NCBI GenBank assembly: GCA_023920165.1
Contig: CP089281.1
Coordinates: 1,612,001-1,676,000, forward strand
Direction of reading: 5' to 3'
Origin: Curvularia clavata
Taxonomy: Eukaryota
DNA: 64,000 bases
The notes beneath the pieces were generated by a model, which made no database searches, was not told where the DNA came from, and saw nothing but the letters and a program-made list of their open reading frames with translations. The stretch's first letter is position 1, and the number at the start of each line of letters is the position of its first letter. Positions 12,764 through 25,415 of this stretch are shown piece after piece. A program made the translations under genes and the position numbers.

Positions 12764-13950
12764 CTACGAGCCCAAGGAAATAACTAGCTTCTTTCCAGAA
12801 ACAGAACCCGTTTTGAGTAAACGAATCCCTTCTATTATCCCGCTGAAACCCCCTTCCAGCTCCTGAAGTGGGTGAGGACGTACTTTGCCTTCGTCAATGA
12901 GTCGCTGGAATACACAATACCAATGCACAGCAAATTGGTGCACTTCGGGGCTGGCCTCCCTCTCATAACCCCTGCTGAGTGGTATCGGCTCCCCAAAGAT
13001 GTCCAGGGCAAAGATCCAGTCTTGCTTGATAGATCTCCGCTTCGGTCTCACATCCTCCGGACACAACTCCAACGTGATGTACCGACCCCCTGTGCGAGCC
13101 ATGGTTGAAGAACAATATGCTGCTGAGAAACTGTCCGTGACACAGTCGAGTGCGTATGCCAATCTGCCCCCTGTCAATTGCCTTATTTTGTTTTGCGTGG
13201 CCTCGTCCGCGTAATCGAAAACGTGTGCTGCCCCGTAGGATCGGACCACGGAAAAGTTCCGTGGGGAGCATGTTGCGATGGGTGTATAACCGGACCTATA
13301 TCGGCCTATTTAGCAATCGTCTCGGAACTTAGAGACCTCCGACAAAGAGCGAGAGTCGGGATGTGGGGGTGCAGAGAGTAATCTTACAGTTTGAGCAGCT
13401 GCAATGCCATGGTACCAGAGGCAGTGCTTGCACCGTAGACGAGCACGTAGATCGGTAAGCTATCGGACGGCAACGGATCCACGGGTGACGCCTGTAGATC
13501 CATCGCCTTCCATAGCGCCAGTGCCGCAGTCCCGAGCCCAACACTCAAAGCCGCTGCCTCTAGCTCCGTCATACCCTTGGGAACAATGTATATCAATTGG
13601 ACGTGAGCTCTGAGGTACTCAGCAAAGGCCCCGTTCCCCGGCTCGGCTGGGTTCGATCCATGGACGTATCCGCAAACCATGTCGCCGAGCCTCAAATCCG
13701 GCCTTAGACAGGCTGCCTCGGGGCTTATGCACACCACAGTGCCGACAAAATCAGAACCAATGATGGCACCCGGAGTCGGAAAGTTGGTGCCCATCTTATG
13801 GTCACATTGGTTCACAGCCACCGCTATCGTCTTCACAAGTACCGTCTTGGGCAAGAGCTTTGGCACGGGTGCATCTCGTGTGCAGATCGGTTGGCCTGCA
13901 TTGTCCTGGACAATTGCGGTCTGCGAAGGCGGTAACGGAGTAATTGACAT
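12764..13950 (-). CDS. Trans-acting enoyl reductase (LovC/TenC/CcsC-like MDR family)
   Basis: Exons 13950-13388 and 13295-12764 (intron gtaag...tag). Motifs VKTIAVAVNQCDHKM, GSDFVGTV, GAFAEY, VLVYGASTASGTMALQ, GSVSGKKLV. Adjacent to a PKS with a degenerate ER0. Confidence 0.93.
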
Positions 13951-14905
13951 ACCGGTGAATTACCTAGGTAGGAGAAGGGCGTGATCGAGGAACGAGGTTT
14001 TCGGTGGGCACTTTGGGAAAAACCACTCACCGTGGTCGACTGAGTCCGTTGTTGTTCATTTTTTTCATTCCTATGACATCTTATACCTGCATCGTCTATG
14101 CATCTTCTGGATTTATTCGCATGGTTCAATATAGATTCGGCCCGAGCTTTGCAAGTTCCCGTGTACAACGGCCATACCCGCTTCCGAAACTATGTCCGAT
14201 GGCACAGGCCATTATCTGGCCTTCTAAGATCTGCCGAGTGTCTTACCGGGAGCTAGACTTCATGCAACGCTCTACACAACTACTATTCAAGGTAACTCAA
14301 AAATACAACACGCATACAACGCTAGTTCTTAGCCTCATTTAATATTCAGTCTATCGCTTGAGTTAACCTCGTAACTAAATTATTAGAGTTCTGTCTTTCG
14401 CCGATACTAAGCTAGCTAAATTGGAATTCCTGCAACCAGGAGCTGTAATGGGCGGGCTCCGTTGAGCCTAGCGTACAACTACTGACGCTGACCACTTGAA
14501 CCAAAAGGTAGCACAAGACTCCAAGCTTGTCTTGGAGACTTGGTAATTCTCGAAGAACTAAGAGTCAACAAGTCAAGTGTAGAAATGTTGAAAGGAAGAC
14601 TGCGGGTAGCTGGGACTAGCCACCCAACTATTCAGCTATATATATTCCTTCCTCTCCCTATCTAGTTTAGCCAATAAATCCAACATCCAACGTCAAGGAA
14701 ACTCTGATAACAGGCTATATGTATAGCCCACTTAAACTGCAGTCATTCAGATGTACGTTACGTTTAATCAAGCCAAAGTCGGAAGGTGATAAACGTACAA
14801 ATATATAGCCCGATGCACTGATATTGAGATAGGATTTTAAATCGTGCCTAATTGGTTGTATTGGCTTCTAGGCACTACAGGACGAGTTCCCAGCCCAATT
14901 TGACT

Positions 14906-16865
14906 TTAAGCACACTCGACTTTCCGCAAACTCACATAGCACAATTTTGGCCTGCTCGTGACACCCATCTGAACACTGTATGTAGATAGCTCTTTGGGGC
15001 AGGGCTGGAGCTCGAAGTTCCATACAATCAGCGTTATCAAGATCCTAAGTTCGAGATAGGCTAATCTCCTACCAAAGCAGCCTCGCAATCCTAGGCCGAA
15101 ACCAAGCATAGGCCCAGCCGCGCTATCAAAGCGATATTCAGCGTCAGCACTATCCTCCTTTTCGGAAGAAGGCTGGGCAGGAGCTGGGACTAGCCACCTT
15201 TCGGGTTTGAACAAATTCATATCCAATGGATTCCACTGCGTGCGATGTTTACCCTGTTGCTTGGCCGTTTGGCAAGTTTGGGAGCGGCAACTCTCGTCGA
15301 TGTCAAAACCAGGGCTTCTCATGCTTTGCGCTTGCGTAAGCATGAGAATTATTGTGCCCTTGGGGACATGGTGGCCTAGCACCTGAGTGTCAACCATAGC
15401 CTGGCGGTCAATGGCAGGACTCGTTGCCCCATGGCGGAGGATCTCCTCGATGACAGCATCGAGGTAGGGAATTTCTGTGCTGGTTATTTCTTTGATGGAT
15501 GGCGCTCGATTCTCAGACCTTGCTGCAGCGAACGAGGCCTGAAGTGAATGCCTCAGTTTTTCCTGGGAGTCTTGATTGTCAGCCAGCGCCTTCAGCCCCC
15601 ATAGCATTGTTGTGCTAGTCGTCTCATGGCCTCCAATTACGAATCCAAATGTCTAAACGCAAAGAACTTTAGTTAGCATCTGAACCAAGCAAAGTAGTGC
15701 GCCAAGTAAAGCCGAACGATTCCAACCGAGGAACGCTTACTTCGATCATCATTGCCTGGGAGAAGTACTGCGGAGCTCTATTCTCTTTCTCGGCTATTTG
15801 CTTCTCGCGTTGCACCATGTGGTCGACAGCCGATCGAACTGGCTGACGCTTGTCGCCACTATCACCCTGCTTTTGTTGATCTGAGATAGTTAGATGATCC
15901 ACAGCCCGCTGCAGCTCCCGAAGTATATGGTTATCTTTGATGCTCTTTGAGCGGCGCATGGTTGGTGTTAGTTCCATGAGTTTCCATGTCAACCCCATCA
16001 ACGGCGAGCCTTGGAGCCTCTCTACAGCCGTGGTGAGATCGAGTGTTGCAGCTATGACAGGATGAAGGTCTATCTCAGGAAATTCTGCAGCCTTCCCAAC
16101 ACCCTTGGTAGCATTTGTCTTTTGCATATTGGCAGTGGCTTCGGGTCCCAAATCGTTGAGAGATTCAAGCTTACAGCGTGTTGCATTGTGTTCGAATTTC
16201 TCACCGAAAGCAAAAGCGTGCACAGCGTCCAGAGCCGCCATGTAGATATCGTCCTGTGCACTGAAAGGCTGAGCTCCAACTAGCTGCACCTTTGCTTCCC
16301 ACAAGCTAATGAGAATCGAGGCGCTGTTGTAAATTGCAGGAGCAGCCACATTGTGCAGAAATGACGGAGACATGAGGTCCTGGAGTAGCCTTCGGTGTGA
16401 TTTCCAGACATGGTTAGTACGTTGTACAAGGTGGTGACCAGGAAGTAGGCCCTTTAAGAGCTCGGCCAACATGTCGGATCGGTCCCACTCTTTACTCCGT
16501 CTCATTAGGATATCTTGACTCTCGCGGAAGTCGGCTAGGACTAGAACTGGCCGAGAGAGTGGCCGAATGAACATCTGAACGATTGGCGAATTCATCTCCT
16601 GCATTTGCTCTTGAATCCATTGCATGTACGTTTTATCCGTGTTTGCTGTTGCCCTCAGCATATCCGGAAGGTCGCCGAGGATGCCATGAGTAGCCCTGCG
16701 TCTGTATGGTATACCTGGAATTGGCTTTGGTAAAGCCCAAGAACGCAGGACCCAGATTGTTATGAGTGAAGTTGCCACAAGAACGACGAGACGCTCGAGA
16801 GCAATACCCAGAATCGAAATATCGCCTGATGTATCAGGAAACTGACGGAAGAAAAACATGCTCAT
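14906..16865 (-). CDS. Cytochrome P450 monooxygenase (TRI13/CYP526-like)
   Basis: Exons 16865-15741 and 15652-14906. LPKPIPGIPY, DFRESQDILMRR, I-helix GGHETTS, EEILR, FKPERW, heme motif FGLGLRGCFG. Confidence 0.93.
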
Positions 16866-17329
16866 GAATTGACTGATATCTTAGAGTGATGGCTGGATAT
16901 CTCTGAAGTGTTGTTGGAAGGAAACGATCGCACGTATTGTGACTTCTGAACTTAAATAGATTTTCGAAAAAGACGCATGATACTAGGTGCACCTCGTATT
17001 TGAATAAGACTCAACGATATCTAGCAAGGTCCGGCCCGAATTCTGCACCACTTCAAGTTAGATACTGTTTAGGCTGCTTATGTTGGTATGGCGAGAGGTT
17101 TGCAGCTATCTATCCCAAGGCGTAGCTTACGAGTAATATCAAGCTACGTCAGCTGCGCTGACACTTGCCGCAGGCGGTTGCCGACGCTCTCAACGATGTC
17201 ACCATCCCAACAGTATTTTCTAAACTCTGTCACTTAGATCCCTTGTTATATTCCCCACAATGGCCCAATCATAGATCTTATCCAACAATCATTTGAGTAG
17301 TTGATTGTATAAGAAGTATTGTGTAACTA

Positions 17330-17850
17330 ACGTCAAGGATCAGTAGGCTGGCCGCCCCACCTAACTTGACGCGACTCTCTGCGCAATTGATCCACAACAG
17401 CGCAATAGAATAAGATAAAATTAAGAGATATAATTCATTATCTAGCTTTATATGTTGTGCGAGTGTGTCCTTGAATATGGCACTTTGTACACGTCGGCGG
17501 CGCGCGCTGACGTCGCTGACTGCCCTCACTCTGCTCAGTGCCCATAACCACCTTTTCTGTCTCTATAGTAAGCTGCTGAGCCTGTGGAACCCTGAGTACT
17601 CTAATAGAAGCAATATATTGACGCTGTTAATCTTACTTTCGTTGTTGACGCTGGTTGGCTGTACGTAGCTTCTTATTTTCCTCTACAAGTATTGTTGCTA
17701 ATTGTATTACAAGCTGAGCGTTTTTCGCAAGCTGGCATATAGCAACGCTTGTTACGCTATCCGACTGCCGGCGTAGCCGCTCTTGGAGATAGAGCACCTG
17801 CTGCCGGAGCTGCTCTACTGTATGCGGCGTTTCTGCCTGCGTTATACTAG
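17330..17850 (-). mobile_element. RIP-degraded Fot1/pogo (Tc1-mariner) DNA transposon, 3' fragment with a candidate terminal inverted repeat
   Basis: Minus-strand translation AETPHTVEQLRQQ...ICQLAKNAQL...LVEENKKLRTANQRQQRK and zinc knuckle PPTCTKCHIQGHTR, typical of the Fot1/Pot2 transposase C-terminus. End reads TA|ACGTCAAGGATCAG at 17328-17343. Many TpA sites and stops. Confidence 0.8.
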
Positions 17851-20100
17851 TATTACACTCTCGTTTAATCATACAATCTAGACGAGTGATCACTTCAAGC
17901 AGAGTTTCTTTGTCGCGTTTTAGAATCGAGTATACGAAGTTAAACTTCGTATATAGATTAAAGGCGTGAAATATATATCGATATCCATTATATAGCCTCT
18001 AACGTTGAGTTTAATAATATCAATCGCAACTGTCTCAAATAGGCGAGATATGCCAATCTCATGTCCTGTACATCGAGAAATAATCTAATAGACTTTATTC
18101 TATGAGCACTCTTCGCAGTCTATCGCAATTGGTGCAAAGTCAGCAGGTGATTACTAGATACTCCAAACGTTTTCTACTAGACGGTCAATCGCATCACTAC
18201 CCACATGTACCATTAGGACATGAAGCCGAGGCTTAGTAAGCACTCTAGGTTTAAGAGATTAAACTGAGTACTAAAGCCTGCGTTAATTAGTTACAAAAGC
18301 TGCATATTAAGCTAATCAAATTAATAGAGGTTAAGTACAATATACAACTAGCCAATAGTCTCCTAATCAGGTAAGGTTTACAACGTCTTGACGAGCATTG
18401 TCGACAGCTCTATATAGATCATTTCTTCCTAAATCAAAGTAGATATTTAATAAAGAAAGACAGGATAGCGAGACTAAGCTTATTGAGAAAGATTAGATAA
18501 GAGCCACATACTTAAGTGTCGTTATCTTAATACCACTTAGTATTAATAGAGGTAGCTTAACTTCACCCCATACTTCAATCTTTATCTCAACTCCTCCTAC
18601 AAGAACGACACCGTCGTCAGCTGCTAGAGCTCTCTAAATAAACTCTACAGGGTTGTTACAGATATGGATGTTGGTAGGTAGATCCAGCATCCATAAGTAG
18701 ATAAGTAGATACTACTACGATAGTCTCTATTTATCAAACGCGGAAGAGAAGACGGCATATACTGCATGCAGGGAATAACTAACTAATAGATCTCCTACAT
18801 CGATTTCTATCAAATCGGAGTCTAACACTTTCCTATACTTACTACCGTCCCTATTCTTATACTTCTTAAAGCATCAGTTCTTTTCCCAAATCTTATTTAG
18901 TACTCCACGACTATCCTTAGCCTCAAAGTTAGCAATCTTCTTAGCTTTTTCAGGGTCTACGACGAATCCTCGTTGCTAAAGTGCGATATCAATATATAGA
19001 CATTGGCCCCAGAACTGACTGTCGCCACAGAGGCAGGGCTTTACTGCCTTATTTACACTATCTCTTAACCGTTTCTTATTACTATATGAAGATGGCTGGC
19101 CATTTCATCATAGCTCTAAAGATACCTCCATAAATATTTATCTTTCTTAAGTAAATAGTACGATAATATCGTAGATATTCAGCAAGAACAGTCAAGAGTT
19201 GAAACTAATAAAGTATTAGCTTTCTGTGATCTAAGTTCCAATTCTCCTCAGCTTTAAATATATCGAGCAACGCGCTAGCGGCGTATACAGCATTAACTTA
19301 CTTAATAGCTCAAAGAAAATCCTTATAAGCTCGAAATACATATACTTCAGGCAAGTCAAGTTACTTTACTCTACTATATACCATAAGAAACTCGCTACAC
19401 CAGTCTTCAACATTCAATCTTCGGGCGTGTAGAATCTTTACTACTTCCTAATCTTTCTATACTCGATACTCGATATCAGAGATAGTAGGAGAGTAGAGAT
19501 CTTATAGCGTCTTAATTCCGTTGTAAACTATTACCTTATTTTTAATATAATGTAGTAGTTCCTGCGATATTGTCTTAGTAATATATGCCTTAATTTATCC
19601 TAACTTATTTTGAAAACGTCTATATTCCTTAATCTCTTTATAGTAGCTAATATAATCTTAGTTATGCTATATTAAGTCCTACTGGAATGGTAGCGTTGCA
19701 GGGAATCTATCGGCATTAACTATAGGCGCTGGCCTAGCAGGCTTACTAGATTTTTATAGAGGATTACATAGCTTATTAGGATCAATATATTCCTAAACGT
19801 CTCCTACTTCAGCAATACGTCTAAAAATAAAGATCCAAAGCTCCTAATTGCTTTATCCTTAGAGGATAATGTCTGAACGAGCTGCGTGCGTCGACATGAT
19901 GCTATGGATAGGTAGGTAGTTAATTGATTAAGAAATGCGCGGATTGGGCCAGGCTTATAACTGTAAAGAGTTGTGTATATAAGAAGTATATTCTGTCTTC
20001 TTATATATAATGCTGAAAGCAAGTTTAAATACAGCGTTATTGGTCAGTGGGTAACCACATGACTATACATAGTACTTCTAGGCTTACAGTAGTAGAGGGA
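17851..20100 (-). mobile_element. RIP-degraded Ty1/copia LTR retrotransposon 5' half (LTR-PBS-gag-protease-integrase start), truncated
   Basis: Minus-strand remnants: gag knuckle KPCLCGDSQFWGQCLYI (~19000-19045), protease WMLDLPTNIHICNNP (~18650-18695), integrase start CEECS...LFETVAIDII...YRYIFHAFNLYTKFNFVY (~17900-18120); PR before INT is the copia order. PBS-like ca|GTTATAAGCC at ~19952-19963. AT/TpA-rich with many stops. The right LTR boundary is approximate. Confidence 0.78.
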
Positions 20101-20825
20101 CATGGTTGAGACTAAGGCGGCGACAATGGCGATGGTGGAGGAGTGCATGGTTGTAGAATGACTACATCAACATCGAAACATTAATACATGTGCTTTGGAG
20201 ATGTGGGAAATCGGCTTTGATGCGTTAATTCACTGAGGTACTCATTGATACGTAGTTTTGACATTTGTTTTCAGACGATCGCCAGCTCAGCCTCAGCTTA
20301 GCTGGTATGCAATATATCTACGTGGCGTGCAATTAGACGAGGCTCCCATAAAAATGTGGATTCAAGATTCCAGCCCTGTTTATGCCTTGCATTTGTCGAG
20401 TTCAAACCGATGGTATTGTCTGCATCGAAACAAGGTTGATAAGGGTAGAGGCGACTAGGCTGGGATAGGATAGTCTCTGCTTGCGCCATCTGATCGACAC
20501 TCAGCCGCGGAGTGAAATGTAGGGCAGTGTCTAGGCTGTTGCTCGTCGCTGCTAGTGTTGATAATCGCCTCTGTCCCAGCCGCTTCAATTTCTTGTAAGA
20601 TATACTATAAAGGTTGCGAGGAAAACAAAATCAAAGTGAACAGCTCCAGAAAATCTGCTTCCCTAGCTGTCGCCCTATTGTGAGTTTGGGAGGATGATGC
20701 TTGGGGATTAGGCATAACTATATATACATCTGCTCGTCATTACAATTTCCAGCCACTCAGCGCTCATTGTAGAGTACATATGACTATGCTCTAATGCTCC
20801 ATATGAATATCGAATCCCATAGCCG

Positions 20826-22621
20826 TTACGGTGCTTTCGCATACTCAACGTCTACACCAACACTCGATGTCGCCTCCTCGCCGTCAGTACTTTCCTGTGA
20901 ACCGTGATCAAGACTCTGAGCCTTCTGTCTCTGCGCCAACTCTCTGGCATGCAGTACCCGAGTAACAATTGCAGTAACAATCAGCATAGCACTCAAACAC
21001 GATACTGTGATAAAACCCTTTTGGTATCTGGGTGCCTCGACCTGTTTCCACACAATCAACGGCAGCCATGCTTGGATAACATACGCCATCTCGTTCATGG
21101 TCGCAACAACAATGGCGCGTTCCTCATTGTCATGCGTGCAGATCTCGTGGGCCCAGGCGAAGCATAGCCCGGATAAACCACCGCCAAATCCAGAAAGGAT
21201 GTAGCATGCCCATTTCCATTTGATTGGGATGTCCCAGATCGCGAGACTGACAGAACACACGATGTTCATGCAGCCACCGAAGACTATTGGTTGCCATCTT
21301 GATCCTTTTAGGATACTGTCGCTTGTCCATGCGTAGAGGAGGGTGGTGACGACTTGGACAGCGTTGGTGGCTGTTGGATACTGCATTATAATGTCAGTCT
21401 TTGCATGTGAGAGATATATGGTACCCAAGAACATACTGTGTTGATCTGGCTAACGGTATACTTTGGATCTTTGCTCGCTTTCAGGAACTGTTGGAATACC
21501 GGCTGTCCACTAGAACTACCGTTGTTGAAGAAGATGTAAAGTGCAACAAGGGCATAGATATGCCAGGACGTAAAGATCTTCCAGATCTTAGCTCTCGTAT
21601 ATGGTTGTCGCTTCTGTCGGCCTTCGCGCTCCATGCGCTTTTGAGCGAACGCGACTTCTTCCTTAGTCAAGTAGAACGGCTTGGAAATGTCTGGGAGGTC
21701 AGGCAATGCGAAGAAACCGAGAAGAGCAATAGGCAAAGAGATGATGCCGTCGACGATGAACAGCCACTGCCACCCTCGGAAGCCCGCACGCCCATCGAGT
21801 TTGTACACGCCGGCCATCAAGTAGCCTGAGAACATTGTTGCAATTGCGGCGCTGGTATGGAAGATACAGGAGCGCTTGGCCAGCTCCTCTTTCCGATACC
21901 AAGACCCGATAATGTACTGCATTCCAGGATAGAATGTACTTTCAGCCAGTCCTAGTAACGGTTAGTAGGTGACTTGTATAGGTAGTACATTTTTGTGGCT
22001 TCAAAACGTACCGATGAGAAACCTCAAAGCATAAATGGTTTCCGCATTATTGGCACGACAGAGGCAAAACGTTAAGACCGCCCACGTGAGCTATTATTGT
22101 CAGAATGTGAAGTTCTTCAGCGTGTTTACGACCTACCTCCATGGCGGGAATCCAGATTGAAGGTCGAATGCGGGTCAGGATGATGTTGCTTGGAATCTCG
22201 CCAATGACATATCCCACAGTCCAGCACGTTTGCATATAGTTGAGCTGATTGCCGTAGAGACCGAGGTCTTCCTTCCTGGCGACATATTAGACATAGCGTA
22301 TCCGAGATGAAAGTCTATTACCTACATTCCAGATACGAATGCACTATTGATATTCATCTGGTCAAGATATTTGATAAAGTAGCCTGTGAAACAGTCAGTA
22401 TGAGGGTATCAACAAAAGGACTGCGGTAACTGACCCAAAGATGCAAACGTAAGTAGAGCAGCATCAAGCTTGAACATGAACCATCTTTCTTCCTTCGGCT
22501 TGTCCAGCGTATCCCACAGGTAGTAATACCATTTGTGATTCTTTTGCTTCAATTCTTCTTCCGACAAAACGGCGTGCGTTGCTAGAGCAGCGTTGGTCGG
22601 AACGTCTTGGGGAAGTCCCAT
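20826..22621 (-). CDS. MFS transporter, allantoate permease/ACS family (Seo1/Liz1/Fen2-like)
   Basis: Multi-exon; ATG at 22621. WDTLDKPKEERWFMFKLDAALLTFASLG, GEIPSNIILTRIRPSIWIP, YIIGSWYRKEELAKR, GWQWLFIVDGIISLP, AWAHEICTHDNEERA. Confidence 0.9.
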
Positions 22622-23147
22622 CTTTGCTAGATGTCGAGGTGACTGGTGTATCACGAAAGCAGCAGAGCGTTCGCAAAGGCTCTGCCTTTATTGAAGATAC
22701 TACAAGCCCTTCTTTGCTAAGATGCCAATAGTGTTGGCTGCTTCTTGGTGGCGCTTAAGACGACGGGAGCGGCTACTCCGATGCGAGGCGCAATTCGGCA
22801 TTCTGGGGGCATTATGGCGTTATGACAGGGTTGCGCGGAAATCTTGCCGCCCTGGGTTGGTCTCTGTGTTACTTGTGGGCGTCGGATTAAGATATCCGGG
22901 CGTTTGCGTTGTAGCTTATCGTGGTGCATGAGGTGGGCGTGGTTACATGTGTCGTCATTAGTCGTTTAAATTGCGTGCCTGTGTCTAGACACCAGGCGCT
23001 CGGGCACGTCCAGATCACGTTTCTTCAGAAATGGTTACAATGAACATAATTCGAAGTGCATTGTATGCAAAAAATGAGAATTTTGAGTGTGTTCAAATTG
23101 ACTAGTCTTAATCAAGGGACATGTGTAGTTACGTGGAATGAATTATT

Positions 23148-24824
23148 CTACAAACAGGATACCTCGAGTCTCCTTTCGAGGCGAGTTGTGGCAAACAAGG
23201 CTTCAGCCCTTTTCAAAAACTCCGCTCGTGCAGTGTGCCATCTATCTGTGTGACCATGCAGTCTATCTCTGCCTGCCCGCTCCAAATCAGAGTTGACCCA
23301 AGCCAAAAGCTCATTGACGTATTCTGCTTCCTGATTTCGAAGACTATGGAAAGCTTTACCATAGCCTCTGGTCTTCAATCTTTCATTATACTCATGTCTC
23401 ATTGCATCCTGACTTGGAAGCTGTACCTGGCCAGAGAGCACCTTGGCAACTACCATGGCCTGAAACTCGAACAGTGTAAAGGTAGCTGTGAAGAAAGGTA
23501 CCCCAACAAAGGCAAGACTAGGGTCGTTGATGTAGAAGATGTCTTTGTGTAGGTTATGGAATTGAGTCCCGTCTGTCACTAGCACTGTGCCGTCCGCCTT
23601 ATCGACCGGTGTGGTGTCTGAATGAAGCTGAGGCAGGAATGGCAGTGTTATGTGGTAACCCGTGCAGAGTACAACTTGATGAATATTGCAGATCTTCGCA
23701 CCAGACTTCAAAGTCACGGTGGCTGGAATGGCTTCGGATGGGCTTAGTGGCTTCGATGCGTCTTCGTCACATGCATCGTATGATACCACTTCGTCAACCC
23801 GGTAAGCGTTTTCGGGAAGAACTGCAGGACCGAGATCAAATTTCCCATTCCTATGACTCTGAATGATCTTGTCCGCATATGGGCCGAGCTCACGTGCGAT
23901 GTCTACCGCTGATACGCTCCCACCAACAAGGAGATAGTTCTGTGGTAGTGTTGGTATGGATCTCTCTAGGACGAGCTATCGTAGAATTCTCGGTACGTAC
24001 CTTGTGCTGAGCATCCTCGGGTTTTCGGTAGCGTTTGGAGTGTTGTACTCTGTCTGGCCACCTCTTTTTCCATCCTGCCAGCCCGGGGGTATCAGGGACT
24101 CTGGCTGCGTGGTAGTGGCCAGAAGCAACAACTACAGCGTCAAACTCCTGCACCAACATTAGCTTCGCCGAGAAAGTAGTGATTCAAAAGAGTACCTGAG
24201 TGGAAGTCTTCCACCTTGAGACACCGGTGGCATGAGTCTGCAGAATGACTGTATCCACTGACCAGGTGTTGCCTTTTTTTGAAACATTCTTTACGTTGGT
24301 ATCGTACTTTGTTATCTCGTGCACACCTGTCAAGACAGAGGTGCTTTTTATATAATCTGCGAGGGCCTTATGCGTTACATAGTCCTCAGTGCCAGCTGGG
24401 AATTGATTCAACGTCGTCTCCAATAGGCGTGTGCTCACGTTATTCTTCAAGCCGACGTAGCATGGGCTGCTTGCAGTTAATTACAGAGAACGGGACAACC
24501 TATGATTAGTTTTACATTACCCTGGTGGTGCGTGAAGTAACTTTTCTACATCTTCTGAGTCCTCCTGTAGATATGCACTTTCAACTTGTGAAATCGGGGA
24601 CGCTGAATATGATGGTTCAAGTGGTTTTCGTTCGTCGTACAGCCTTTTTCAAGGTGAGCTAGAAGTATCACCTGGTAGGGCTAGGGAGTTTACCATATGC
24701 CTCCTGGAGCACTACTTCTCTCGAACACTGTAACATCAATGCCCTCCTTTTTGAGGTGCGCTGCAGCAACAACACCACTGATACCTGCACCAATCACAGC
24801 AACGCGTTTCGAGGGAAAAGTCAT
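23148..24824 (-). CDS. Flavin-containing monooxygenase (FMO, Fmo1/thiol-specific-like)
   Basis: ATG at 24824; 5 exons join in frame. FAD motif VAVIGAGISG, FDAVVVASGHY, FMO-identifying WPDRVQHSKRY, NADPH motif LLVGGSVSA, VLCTGY. Confidence 0.9.
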
Positions 24825-25047
24825 GTTCAGGTTGTTGTACGTCGGCTTTCGTCGTCGCTTTGCAAGATGGTTGAGCGCGTTACTCCTCAGCTGGTCGCCG
24901 CCAGAACGACCTCGAGACGATGCACCTCTCGCTATCTTGTTGATTATCAATCCTAATATCGTAAAAGCCTCATGATAATATTCATCAGCAGCATTGATCA
25001 TGCCACTTGAGAGATGTGAGATGTGCGAAGCGTGATAGTGGATATGA

Positions 25048-25057
25048 ATGGCATCAT
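25048..25057. promoter_or_regulatory. Candidate CYS-3/MetR sulfur-regulator site ATGGCATCAT
   Basis: Exact match to the Neurospora CYS-3 consensus ATGRYRYCAT inside the ~590-bp divergent FMO/TauD promoter. Confidence 0.45.
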
Positions 25058-25415
25058 GAACGCCCACCACGCTAAGCTCTTATAGCACACATCGGCACAT
25101 CAAACTATAAACAATTAGAAAGACCCGCACTTCTTGGTTGAGAAGCAGGGTGAGACTCAGGGTTGATAACGCGGACAACTTTCACTGGATGTTCGTCATA
25201 TTCTCGCAGATGATGTGATCGACCCCGCAAATAACCCATGGGCACCGCCAGCATGCAACCACCACGCGGCGCGAACCATTCGGCATCTCAGATACCGAAG
25301 TCGCAGTTGCATTACTAACTATTGAGGGGAAGCATGTGGAGAATACTCTGGATATAAGAAGTGGTAACATCGCGGACCATCTCTTGCTCTCAGCCTCATC
25401 GCAACAATCGTCACA

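Noticed and set aside
1..16865. Calling the cluster tenellin/didymellamide- or cytochalasan-type from its gene content
   Set aside because: Those synthetases need a canonical HHxxxDG C domain plus A-T-R domains; here the motif is HSLVLDG and no A domain is visible in the window.
20258..20588. ORFs of 66 and 96 aa next to the copia relic
   Set aside because: No recognisable family and no supported start or splice context.
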